Assembly: GCA_965215185.1 (NCBI GenBank)
Contig: OZ244034.1
Coordinates: 1,824,001 to 1,888,000, forward strand
From: Acidimicrobiia bacterium
GTDB lineage: Bacteria; Actinomycetota; Acidimicrobiia; Spongiisociales; ZC4RG35
Direction: 5' to 3'
Length of the DNA stretch: 64,000 nt
Positions 11,146 to 20,401 of this stretch are shown here, piece by piece. The position numbers and the translations under genes were made by a program. The notes under the pieces were generated by a model. It saw nothing but the letters and a program-made list of their open reading frames with translations. It was not told the DNA's origin and did no database searches. Positions within the stretch are counted from its first letter, which is position 1. Every line of letters begins with the position of its first letter.

Positions 11146-11784
11146 ATGTTTACGCCCGGAAGGAAGTACTCACGGTCCGATGTGAGTAATCTGCTAGGTC
11201 TCGGACGGAAAGCCAAGGGTGGGATCTGGGTTTCGGGGATTCGAGAGCACAAAAACGAGTTTTTCATCTTCACAAATGTGGGAACGTCAGGCACCATCGG
11301 TGAAGACTTTGGTAACCGGTGGGAGGGTAGGGTCCTGCGGTGGTACCACAAGAAAGTCTCCCATCTCGGCTGGCCTAGTGTCCAGAGGCTCCTTGATACC
11401 GGACGGGCGCATGTGTTTTGGCGTTCGTCCACCCGGAACCTGTTCGAATACGCAGGTTACGGTAGGAAAGTACAGGTTGTTGGGACTTCTCCGGTTGAGA
11501 TTCTTTGGTCGTTCGAAGACTCGACTCCTGAGCCCGCGCTCCATGAGGGACAGGGAGCAGTTGACCAAGAAACGCAAAACACTGGCCTTCCATCCGCGTT
11601 CACAGTAGGCAGTCGGGCCCGTCATCCAAGGTTGGGAGTGGGTCGGGTTCTTGAAATCTCGGGTATTGGTTTGGGGGCCTCAGCCCTTTTGTTTGTGGCC
11701 GGTTTGGGGGAGAAGCATGAAGTGCCGCTGTCTGAGTTGGAAAGGGTGGCAGGATTCTGTGGGGACGACAGGAAGACACCCTGA
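11146..11784 (+). CDS. Hypothetical protein: DUF3427/restriction-associated-like N-terminal domain plus PcrA/UvrD-type C-terminal Tudor-like domain
   Basis: GGAGG RBS; 'FTPGRKYSRSDV...GGIWVSG...FFIF.NVG...F.NRW...LRW' and 'FTVGSRARHPRLGVGRVLEISG'; lower GC. Confidence 0.55.
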   Translation: MFTPGRKYSRSDVSNLLGLGRKAKGGIWVSGIREHKNEFFIFTNVGTSGTIGEDFGNRWEGRVLRWYHKKVSHLGWPSVQRLLDTGRAHVFWRSSTRNLFEYAGYGRKVQVVGTSPVEILWSFEDSTPEPALHEGQGAVDQETQNTGLPSAFTVGSRARHPRLGVGRVLEISGIGLGASALLFVAGLGEKHEVPLSELERVAGFCGDDRKTP

Positions 11785-12214
11785 TGGAGAGACGGCCGTG
11801 TCGGTGGGCACTGTGCTGCAATAGATCGACTTACAGAGGAATGCTCGTTACAAACTCGAGTTGACTTTTGACGCCAACCGACCTTGGGGGACAAGATCAA
11901 AAGAGTCTCTCATCCAAAAACGTGCCGTGGGGCTAACTCCCTTCTAGGTTTGGGGTGACTCCCCGTTCGGTGGAGCGCGTGATCTCCCAACGAGCAGAGG
12001 CGGCGGGTTTGAAGTTCCGGCCACTCACTACGAACGAGTAGGCATGGCCCAGGAACTGGCCGCTTCGGGCGCAGACTTTCCGGAATTATGTCAGGCTGGC
12101 CGGTGGCAATTCCCAACAATGGCCATCCGCTACACACGCTCCCAGGCGGCCGACCGGGGAGCAGTGGCCCGCTACTACCGCCACTCCTGAAAACCCTGAA
12201 AAGGCTCGTTAACG
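11759..12214 (+). pseudogene. Degenerate 3' fragment of a Cre-like tyrosine recombinase (copy B)
   Basis: 'VGMAQELAASG...AGRW...RYTRSQAADRGAVARYY'; inverted diverged copy of 3626-4061. Confidence 0.75.
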
Positions 12215-12220
12215 GCATTT

Positions 12221-12577
12221 ATGATAAAATATAAGCACTATATTTCCCGATCGTCTGTCTGCATGCACAAGACCTCAGCAGACATTCTTCTTCCAGTTCA
12301 TGGCTGGAAACGGTTACTGGAAGCCCTTCCGAAGAAGCCGCGTTCTCAGCACCACCTAGACATATCGAACCAACCTTTCCGCCCGGGCCACGCACACGCC
12401 AATGAGAGTGGCGCGGCAGTCCGGCCCGCACATCGCAAGACCGACCTGGAAGACCCCGCTACCACCGAATTTGTGCGCCGGGGTGCTGTCAAAGTCTGGG
12501 CCGAGAATCCACCAGGAAGGGAACCCTCCCAAAAGGTGTCATACCCCCCGTCATCAGATTCTTATGAAGGTGGTTGA
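12221..12577 (+). pseudogene. Degenerate 5' fragment of the same tyrosine recombinase
   Basis: 'DILLPVHGWKRLLEA...AVRPAH...LEDPATTEFVRR' versus 'DIHIPIKGWERVLDA...AVRPAH...LEDPTTSELVRR' in the next gene. Confidence 0.7.
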
Positions 12578-12586
12578 AAGGAACAC

Positions 12587-13676
12587 ATGACCGCCACCCC
12601 TCCTGATCACCTCCCTGCGAACAGGAAACCGTTGGACATCCACATACCCATCAAGGGCTGGGAACGGGTGTTAGATGCAGCTCAGAAGAGCCGCGCTCAC
12701 AGCACTACGAAGACATATCGCACCTACCTTTCCGCTTGGGCCGAACATGCCAAAAAGCGAGGGGTGGCGGTCCGCCCCGCTCATCCCGCCGCGGTGGCCG
12801 AGTGGCTCACCACCATGGCCGACGAAGGCAAAGCGATGAGCACCCTGCAGGTGGCGAGAGCCGCGTTGGCGGCCGCCCATCGAGAGGCAGGCCTGGAAGA
12901 TCCCACCACCAGCGAACTGGTCCGGCGGGTGCTGTCGGGCCTGGCCAGAGAAGCCGCCCGAATGGGAAAGCGCCCCACTCAAGTGAAAGGGCTGACCGCC
13001 GACGACTTACGGCGCGTCCTCGCCCATTTCAATGCTCCGGGAACTCCCCTACCCACGCGGGCTGTTGTGAGAGACATCGCTTTGATCCAGGTGATGAGAG
13101 ACGCCTTGTTGAGACGCGGCGAAGCCGCCGAACTGGTTTGGGGCGACGTCTCCCGCGCCTCTGACGGGTCGGGGCGGCTGGTGATCCGTCACAGCAAGAC
13201 CGACCAGGAGGGAAAAGGGAGCCGTCATGTACCTGGGACATGACACGATGGCGGCTTTGGACCGGATCCGTCCCGCCGACGATTCGCCGCAGGCGTCGGT
13301 GTTCCAGATCACCGGACCATACATGTCCATTCGAATCGCGGCACTGGCCAAAAAGGCAGGTCTGGGTCCGGGATACAGCGGCCACAGCTGCCGGATCGGA
13401 ATGGCTCAGGACCTGGCCGCGGAGGGTTACAGCCTGGCGCAGTTGATGACCGCCGGGCGGTGGACCAATCCCGCCATGCCCGCTCGCTACACCCGCAACC
13501 AGACCGCCGCTCGAAACGCCGTCGCCCAGTACTACCGGCAACTCGGCCTGTTCAACAAAGATGCCCCGGTGAACGAAGGTGGGACCAAGCAGCAATGGTT
13601 CACGGACCACCCGAATCCTGTTCAGCCAACTGCCGGTTCTGCGAAACCCGCCTCTGAACAAAGATATGCTGGTTGA
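12587..13676 (+). CDS. Cre-like tyrosine recombinase/integrase, split by a +1 frameshift near 13215
   Basis: Catalytic residues R (LLRRGE), K (SKTDQ), HxxR (HSCR), W (GRW) and Y (ARY) are spread over ORFs 12587-13243 and 13227-13676; extra base in the GGAAAAGGG run. Confidence 0.85.
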
Positions 13677-13762
13677 CCTCTAAATTGCTATCTGGTCGGC
13701 TAGGGTAAAGATCACGCTAAATCACTTGACAAAAGACCCTTAGTGAGGAGGTAGAGACAAGT

Positions 13763-14629
13763 ATGTATCCACCGGTATTTGAGTACCAGGCGCCCGACAC
13801 CTTGGAAGGTGCCCTGGCGGCATTGGCCGAGTTGGGAGACGACGGAAGAGTGCTGGCCGGAGGGCAGAGTCTCATCCCCATGATGAAGCTTCGCCTGGCC
13901 GCGCCCGCCCATCTGGTTGATATCAACCGGATCGGGAGCCTCTCCTATGTGAACCGTGACAACGGGACCCTTCGCATTGGCGCTCTGGCCCGCCACAACG
14001 ACATGGTCCGATCCGCTGACGCCGGATCGGTGGGGGTGGTGGCGTCGGCCGCTCCCTGGATCTCCGATCCGCTGGTGCGCAACCGCGGCACGGTGTGCGG
14101 CTCGGTGGCCCACTGCGATCCGGAAGGAGACTGGAATTCGGTGATGCTGGCCGCCCGCGCGCAAGTCGTCGCCCAGAGTTCCTCGGGAAGCCGCACCATT
14201 CCCATCGACGAATTCATCGTGACCTACTTCACCAACGCTCTTCAGCCCGGTGAGATGGTCACCGAAGTGCGGGTACCGGTGCCCTCTGGCGCCTCGGGTG
14301 GGGCGTATCTGAAACTGGAGCGCAAGGTCGGCGACTACGCCACCGTGGGAGTCGCCGTGCAGTTGGAGTTGGGAAGCGATGGGCGCATCGCCCAGGCCGG
14401 GATCGGCCTCACCGCCGTCAACTACCAGAACACCCGAGCCTCGGCCGCCGAGGACATGCTGCGAGACCAGATGCCGTCCGACGAGTTGTTCGCCGAGGCC
14501 GCTGAGGCCACTGCCGCCGCATCGGATCCCGACACCGACGTTCGGGGAGCCGCCGATTGGAAGCGCAACGTGGTGGCGGTCTACACCCGCCGGGGATTGG
14601 CCCAGGCCCTTGCGTCGGCCGGAAGTTGA
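13763..14629 (+). CDS. coxM: Aerobic CO dehydrogenase medium (FAD) subunit
   Basis: 'LAGGQSLIPMMKLR', 'VRNRGTVCGS'; first gene of an M-S-L cluster. Confidence 0.92.
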   Translation: MYPPVFEYQAPDTLEGALAALAELGDDGRVLAGGQSLIPMMKLRLAAPAHLVDINRIGSLSYVNRDNGTLRIGALARHNDMVRSADAGSVGVVASAAPWISDPLVRNRGTVCGSVAHCDPEGDWNSVMLAARAQVVAQSSSGSRTIPIDEFIVTYFTNALQPGEMVTEVRVPVPSGASGGAYLKLERKVGDYATVGVAVQLELGSDGRIAQAGIGLTAVNYQNTRASAAEDMLRDQMPSDELFAEAAEATAAASDPDTDVRGAADWKRNVVAVYTRRGLAQALASAGS

Positions 14630-14642
14630 GGAGTAAATAACC

Positions 14643-15122
14643 ATGCAAATCACCATCAACGTCAACGGAACCGACCACACCGTGGATGTGGAACCCCGAC
14701 GGCTCCTGGTCGACGCCATCCGCTCGGATCTGGGCCTGACCGGAACCCACATCGGCTGCGACACCACCAGTTGCGGCGCCTGCACGGTGCTGGTGGACGG
14801 GGTGCCCGTCAAGTCTTGCACCATGTTCGCGGTGCAGGCCGACGGTTCGTCTGTCACCACCGTGGAAGGGCTCAAGCAGGGCGCCGAATTGAGCAACGTC
14901 CAGAAGGGTTTCCACACCGAGCACGGTCTGCAGTGCGGATTCTGCACGCCCGGGATGATGCTGGTCTCCACCGCTTTGCTGGAGGACAATCCCAGCCCCA
15001 CCGAGGATGAGATACGCTGGGCGCTTTCGGGCAACCTCTGCCGATGCACCGGATATGTAAACATCGTCAAAGCCGTGCAATGGGCGGCGGCCGCCGGCCA
15101 AAACGGCGGGGAGGAAGGCTAG
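14643..15122 (+). CDS. coxS: Aerobic CO dehydrogenase small (2Fe-2S) subunit
   Basis: '[12 protein letters not shown]', 'QCGFCTPG', 'NLCRCTGY'. Confidence 0.95.
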   Translation: MQITINVNGTDHTVDVEPRRLLVDAIRSDLGLTGTHIGCDTTSCGACTVLVDGVPVKSCTMFAVQADGSSVTTVEGLKQGAELSNVQKGFHTEHGLQCGFCTPGMMLVSTALLEDNPSPTEDEIRWALSGNLCRCTGYVNIVKAVQWAAAAGQNGGEEG

Positions 15123-15124
15123 AC

Positions 15125-17488
15125 ATGCAGACCACAACCCATCATCAACCCGCCACTTCAGCTGCGATCGGGGGAGTTGGACACTCCGTCCCTCGGATGG
15201 AGGACGCCCGCTTCCTGCAGGGGCGGGGCAACTATCTGGACGACATCAACCTGCCCGGGATGCTCCACATGGCCATCCTGCGCAGCCCCGTGGCCCACGC
15301 CAACCTGGTCAGCATCGACTCGTCGGCGGCCATGGAGGTGCCCGGGGTGCTGGCGGTGGTGACCGGCGAACTGATGGCCGCCCACAACCTGGCGTGGATG
15401 CCCACCCTGTCGGGCGACACCCAGGCGGTGCTCGCCACCGACAAGGTGCGCTATCAGGGCCAGGAGGTGGCGGCGGTGATCGCCACCGACCGCTACATCG
15501 CCGAGGACGCGCTGCGTCTGATCGACGTGGACTATGAGGAACTGGAGCCGATTACCAGCCCACAGCGGGCCATGGAGGCCGACGCTCCGATAATCCGCAC
15601 CGACAAGGAAGGCAAGACCGACAACGAGTCGTTCACCTGGGAGACAGGCGACCAGGCCGCCACCGAAGCGGCGTTCGCCCGAGCGGCGAAGGTGGTCTCC
15701 TTGGAGACGCATTATCCGCGTTCGCACCCCTCTCCTTTGGAGACGTGCGGGATCGTGGCGGATGTCAACCCGGCCACCGGCAAAGTCATCATCTACATGA
15801 CGTCGCAGGCGCCCCATGCTCACCGGACGCTGTTCGCTTTGGTGGCGGGCTTGCCTGAGCAGAACATTCGGATCATCTCCCCCGACATCGGGGGTGGCTT
15901 CGGCAACAAGGTGCCCATCTATCCCGGATATGTGGTTGCCACCGCCGCCTCGCTTCTGATCGGACTGCCGGTCAAGTGGGTGGAGAGCCGCACCGAGAAC
16001 CTGATCTCGACCGGGTTCGGCCGCGACTACTACATGAAGGGGTCATTGGCTCTGGACGAGAACGGCAGGATCCTGGGTCTGAAGACCGATCTTCTGGCCG
16101 ACCAGGGAGCGTTCTACTCCGACGCGCAGCCCACCAAATTCCGGGCGGGCCTGTTCCATATCGTCACCGGATCCTACGACTTTGGCGCCGCACACGTGAC
16201 GGCCAAGGGAGCGTACACCAACAAGGCGCCGGGAGGAGTGGCCTATCGCTGCTCGTTCCGGGTGACCGAGGCCTCCTATCTGATCGAACGGCTGGTGCAG
16301 AACGCCGCCTATGAGATCGGGATGGACCCGGCCGAGTTCCGGCGGATGAACTTCATCCAGCCCGAGCAGTTTCCCTACACCTCCCCCACCGGGTTCGTCT
16401 ACGACTCCGGTGACTACGAGACGGCCATGCAGATGGCCATGGACATGATCGGTTACGACGAGCTTCGCGCCGAGCAGGCCGCGGCGCGCGCCGAAGGGCG
16501 GCTGGTCGGGATCGGGATGGCCAGCTTCACCGAGGTGGTGGGGGCCGGTCCGGCTCACACCTACGACATTGCGGGGCTGAAGATGTTCGACTCGGCCGAG
16601 TTGCGGGTGCATCCCACCGGCAAGGCCATTCTGAAACTGGGCGTGAAGACCCAGGGGCAGGGACACGAGACCAGCTTCGCCCAGATCGTCGCCGAGGAGT
16701 TGGGGATTCCCGCCACCGACATCGCCGTCATGCACGGCGACACCGACAACACGCCCTATGGGTTGGGCACCTACGCCTCCCGTTCCATACCGGTGGGGGG
16801 CGCGGCCACCGCCATGGTCTCCCGAAAGCTGCGGGACAAGGCGCGCAAGATCGCCGCTCATCTCCTGGAAGCCTCACCCGAGGACCTGGAATGGGAACCG
16901 GGGAAATTCTCGGTGAAGGGATCGCCCGATTCGAGCGTCACCATCCAGGACATCGCGTTCGCGGCCTACACCAACCATCCCGAGGACGAGGAAGCCGGTC
17001 TGGAAGGCGTTCACTACTACAACCCGCCCAACATGACCTATCCGTTCGGGACCTACATCGTGGTGGTGGACCTGGATCCCGAAACGGGAGTGTGGAAAGT
17101 GCGGCGGATGGTGGCGGTGGACGACTGCGGCGTGCGGATCAATCCCATGATCGTGGACGGCCAGATCCACGGCGGGCTCACCGAGGGCTTCGCCAAGGCC
17201 AACATGCAGTGGATCACTTTCGACGACGACGGCAACTGCATCGGGTCCAACTTCATGGACTACCTGGTACCCACCTCCTGGGAGACTCCGCGCTTCGAGC
17301 TGGGTGAGACGGTGACCCCTTCTCCCCATCACCCGATCGGCGCCAAGGGCGTGGGAGAGTCGGCCACGGTCGGCTCGCCGGCCGCCTTCGTCAACGCGGT
17401 GATCGACGCGGTGGCGCATCTGGGAATCAGCAACATCGACATGCCGGTGCTTCCCGACCGTGTCTGGAAGGCCATCAAAAACGCCTGA
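15125..17488 (+). CDS. coxL: Aerobic CO dehydrogenase large subunit, form I
   Basis: Active-site loop 'AYRCSFR' (AYxCSFR, form I signature); coxMSL gene order. Confidence 0.96.
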   Translation: MQTTTHHQPATSAAIGGVGHSVPRMEDARFLQGRGNYLDDINLPGMLHMAILRSPVAHANLVSIDSSAAMEVPGVLAVVTGELMAAHNLAWMPTLSGDTQAVLATDKVRYQGQEVAAVIATDRYIAEDALRLIDVDYEELEPITSPQRAMEADAPIIRTDKEGKTDNESFTWETGDQAATEAAFARAAKVVSLETHYPRSHPSPLETCGIVADVNPATGKVIIYMTSQAPHAHRTLFALVAGLPEQNIRIISPDIGGGFGNKVPIYPGYVVATAASLLIGLPVKWVESRTENLISTGFGRDYYMKGSLALDENGRILGLKTDLLADQGAFYSDAQPTKFRAGLFHIVTGSYDFGAAHVTAKGAYTNKAPGGVAYRCSFRVTEASYLIERLVQNAAYEIGMDPAEFRRMNFIQPEQFPYTSPTGFVYDSGDYETAMQMAMDMIGYDELRAEQAAARAEGRLVGIGMASFTEVVGAGPAHTYDIAGLKMFDSAELRVHPTGKAILKLGVKTQGQGHETSFAQIVAEELGIPATDIAVMHGDTDNTPYGLGTYASRSIPVGGAATAMVSRKLRDKARKIAAHLLEASPEDLEWEPGKFSVKGSPDSSVTIQDIAFAAYTNHPEDEEAGLEGVHYYNPPNMTYPFGTYIVVVDLDPETGVWKVRRMVAVDDCGVRINPMIVDGQIHGGLTEGFAKANMQWITFDDDGNCIGSNFMDYLVPTSWETPRFELGETVTPSPHHPIGAKGVGESATVGSPAAFVNAVIDAVAHLGISNIDMPVLPDRVWKAIKNA

Positions 17489-17522
17489 GTGCATTGGTCC
17501 AGCATCTCGTCCATATCCTGCC

Positions 17523-18569
17523 ATGATGGACGAGATGCTGGACCAAGCCGTGGGGTTGCGCTCCCGGGGGGAACCGTTCGTGCTGGCCACCGTGGTGTGG
17601 AGCTCAGGGCTGTCATCGGGCAAACAGGGGTCTCGGGCGATCATCGCCGCGGACGGACGGATGCGAGGATGGCTGGGCGGCGCCTGCGCGGCGCCCACCT
17701 TGACCCGGGTGGCCCGAGACGTGCTGTCCGAAGGTCGGGCGCGTCTGGTGGTGCTGGGCCCCGACCACGGACTGGCCGGAGGCCAACGGGAGGGAGTGGA
17801 GACAGTGCCCATGGCCTGTGACAGCGAGGGGACCATGGAGGTGTACCTGGAGCCGGTGTTCCCCGCTCCACATCTGGTGGTGATGGGCAACTCTCCGGCG
17901 GTGCGGACGCTGACCGCCATGGCCCGCTCACTGGGGTGGCGCACCTGCGTGGTGGACGACGGAGGTGCAAAGGACGACCATGAACCTTCCGATCGGGTGG
18001 TTCTTTCCCTGGATTTGGAGGAGGTGGGGGTCGATCGCCAGACCATGGTGGTGGTGGCCACTCAGGGTCACTACGACGAGGAGGCCCTGGCCACGGCTCT
18101 GGCCACTCCGGCTCGCTATGTGGGTTTGGTGGCGTCTCGGAAACGTTGCGCGGCGGTGGTGTCCTATCTGCGTGATAGAGGGGTGGGCGAGGCGGACCTG
18201 GCCCGGGTGAGGGCGCCGGCCGGATTGGATTTGGGCAGCATCGGACATCGGGAGATGGCGGTGAGCATCCTGGCCGAACTGGTGGCCTTGCGGGCGTCTG
18301 CGCCGCGGGTCACCCAAGCGCCGGCCTCGGGGAGCGCCGGCGAGTCGACTTCGACTGCAAAGGGCTCTCATGCCTCCTGCTCGGGCGGCTCGCAGATGGA
18401 GGGAGCAGCGGAAAAGGAAGTGACCGATCCGGTGTGCGCGATGATGGTGATCCCCTCGCGGGCTCGCTTTTCGGCCGACCATGGCGGCCAGCGCTATTGG
18501 TTCTGCGCGGCGGGTTGTGAAACGGCCTTCCGCAAAGACCCCGACCGTTATCTGAGCTCTGGGACGTGA
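17523..18569 (+). CDS. XdhC/CoxF-family molybdoenzyme accessory protein with C-terminal YHS domain
   Basis: 'GWLGGACA', 'RAPAGLDLG', 'DPVCAMMV...YWFCAAGC...F...PDRY'. Confidence 0.88.
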   Translation: MMDEMLDQAVGLRSRGEPFVLATVVWSSGLSSGKQGSRAIIAADGRMRGWLGGACAAPTLTRVARDVLSEGRARLVVLGPDHGLAGGQREGVETVPMACDSEGTMEVYLEPVFPAPHLVVMGNSPAVRTLTAMARSLGWRTCVVDDGGAKDDHEPSDRVVLSLDLEEVGVDRQTMVVVATQGHYDEEALATALATPARYVGLVASRKRCAAVVSYLRDRGVGEADLARVRAPAGLDLGSIGHREMAVSILAELVALRASAPRVTQAPASGSAGESTSTAKGSHASCSGGSQMEGAAEKEVTDPVCAMMVIPSRARFSADHGGQRYWFCAAGCETAFRKDPDRYLSSGT

Positions 18570-19354
18570 ATGAGCCGTCTTCTCTGATTTCCCGAGCGGC
18601 CGATGCGTTGGCCGACTCCTCTCAGATCATGGTGTTCACGGGAGCGGGGGTCTCCACCGAGTCGGGGATTCCCGATTTTCGGGGTCCGGACGGGCTGTGG
18701 ACCAAGTTGGATCCCGAGGACTTCCACATCGATCGTTACATGTCGAGCGCCCGGGTGCGGGTGATGCGCTGGCGGCTGCACCAACAGGGCGAGCTGTTGG
18801 GCTCGGGCACCCAGGTGAAACCCAACTCCGCCCATCTGGCCATTGTGGATTTGTGGAAGGCGGGCCGGATTTCGGGGTGCGTGACCCAGAACATCGACGG
18901 GCTTCATCAGGAGGCCGGCCTCCCCGACGACCTGGTCTCCGAGCTGCATGGCAATGTCCGCAAGACCCGTTGCATGAGTTGTCCGGCCCACTGGCCGACC
19001 GCCGAGGTGATCGGGTGGGTGGACGCCGGGCAAGAGGAACCCCGGTGTACCCAATGCGGGGGCATAGTGAAAACCGCCACCGTCTCGTTCGGGCAGATGC
19101 TGCCGGAAAAAGAAATACAAAAGGCCCGGTTCTTTTCGGCGCTGGCCGACGGGGTGCTGGTGATCGGCTCGACTCTGTCGGTCTATCCGGCGGCGGAGTT
19201 CCCCGCTTCGGCGGCCCGCAGCGGCATACCGATGGTGATCGTCAACCTGGGCCCCACCGACCACGACCGCCTGGCGGCTGTGAAGATCTCACTGCCCGCC
19301 GGCGAGGCGGTACCCGCTCTGGTGGCCGCTTTGAGCGCCGGGGCCGTTGGATAG
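18566..19354 (+). CDS. cobB: NAD-dependent protein deacylase (sirtuin)
   Basis: 'TGAGVSTESGIPDFRG', 'TQNIDGLH', 'ELHG', Zn-binding CxxC pairs. Confidence 0.92.
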   Translation: MNEPSSLISRAADALADSSQIMVFTGAGVSTESGIPDFRGPDGLWTKLDPEDFHIDRYMSSARVRVMRWRLHQQGELLGSGTQVKPNSAHLAIVDLWKAGRISGCVTQNIDGLHQEAGLPDDLVSELHGNVRKTRCMSCPAHWPTAEVIGWVDAGQEEPRCTQCGGIVKTATVSFGQMLPEKEIQKARFFSALADGVLVIGSTLSVYPAAEFPASAARSGIPMVIVNLGPTDHDRLAAVKISLPAGEAVPALVAALSAGAVG

Positions 19355-19476
19355 AGGCTCGATCCAGCCTGCGTTGGCACAGCCCCGACACTGGGCGAGC
19401 GGACCCGGGGATGTACATACACTTCTAGATCAACGGACTTCCGGCAGGCAACCGCAGAAAATAGGAGGTAACCCCA

Positions 19477-19986
19477 ATGGATACCGATATGTGGATCACC
19501 GTGGCCGGCATGGGGATCGGGATGGTCGTTTTACTCATCGTGGCGATTATCGCCTTTATGGCTTACCGGAATATGCGGCGGCAGCGAGACCAGGTGCTAA
19601 GGAAACTGGGCGAGGCGCATACCGAGACGAACCAAGCGCGTCGAGAAAGAGACGAGGCCCGCAAGCATTTGGATGAAGCGCGAGCCGAGTTGGCGGAGGC
19701 TCGCAGGGAGTTGGAGGATTCACACCGAGACTGGCATGGAGCCACCCGGCAACTCACCGCCCGACTGAAAGAACACGGAACGAAGATGTCAGAACTCCTC
19801 AAAGTGATGAAGATCAGGAACGAAGACCGCCAGACCCATCAAGAGATGGTGGCGGGATACCGGAAAATGGCTGATCAGGGGTTCGGCGTGCTAAAACGTC
19901 TGGTTGAACGCCAGCGGAATCGAATCACTGGGGACGCCGAGGAGCAGGAAGAGGAAGAGGAAGAGGAAACCCTTCCAGCCGAGTAA
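19477..19986 (+). CDS. Single-TM coiled-coil protein (paralog of 25905-26462)
   Basis: AGGAGG RBS; N-terminal TM followed by a heptad-rich helix. Confidence 0.8.
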   Translation: MDTDMWITVAGMGIGMVVLLIVAIIAFMAYRNMRRQRDQVLRKLGEAHTETNQARRERDEARKHLDEARAELAEARRELEDSHRDWHGATRQLTARLKEHGTKMSELLKVMKIRNEDRQTHQEMVAGYRKMADQGFGVLKRLVERQRNRITGDAEEQEEEEEEETLPAE

Positions 19987-19989
19987 CCG

Positions 19990-20226
19990 CTACCGGCGCC
20001 GGTCCAGAGCGCCGGTCGACAGCGCCGAGCAGTGACGTATGGAGTCTCTCTTGTAGCGGTCCCAGATCCAAGAAGGCATGTTCAAATCCGCCCGGCCGCC
20101 CAGAATCCGCCCGATGTCGTACTCGAGTTCGACCATGTCCCGCACTTGGCGCCTGCGATGCAGATTCGGATTCATCTCGACCAGGAAATCAGTCTTGCTG
20201 CGCAGACCTTGGGCTCCGGGTTCCAT
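19990..20226 (-). pseudogene. Minimal nucleotidyltransferase (MNT antitoxin-like) remnant
   Basis: 'TDFLVEM...ELEYDIGRILGGRADL' resembles the MNT C-terminal half; N-terminal GS motif not seen. Confidence 0.4.
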
Positions 20227-20372
20227 GGCCTCGATGGCGACCTCTACTGCAAGCCGGCGCAGATTGTCGCCGGTACCGGAGTCCGCCGTGCCCGGTCGGA
20301 CCCATCATGTGTCCCGCTGGCTCCGAGTCCCCTTGGATTGTTTAGGGACTTATATACCTGGGTAGACAAAGG

Positions 20373-20394
20373 TGTCACACCCGTTCGGTATTCT
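20373..20394 (+). promoter_or_regulatory. Putative tnpB promoter TGTCAC-N10-TATTCT (RecA-NDp/PafBC-like spacing), leaderless
   Basis: Same architecture in E2 and in the diverged E3; GTG start 7 nt after the -10 hexamer. Confidence 0.5.
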
Positions 20395-20401
20395 GGTTTG
20401 T

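Noticed and set aside
13205-13230. Programmed -1 frameshift at G GGA AAA in the recombinase
   Set aside because: The downstream ORF needs a +1 shift, not -1; a homopolymer indel (mutation or sequencing error) is simpler.
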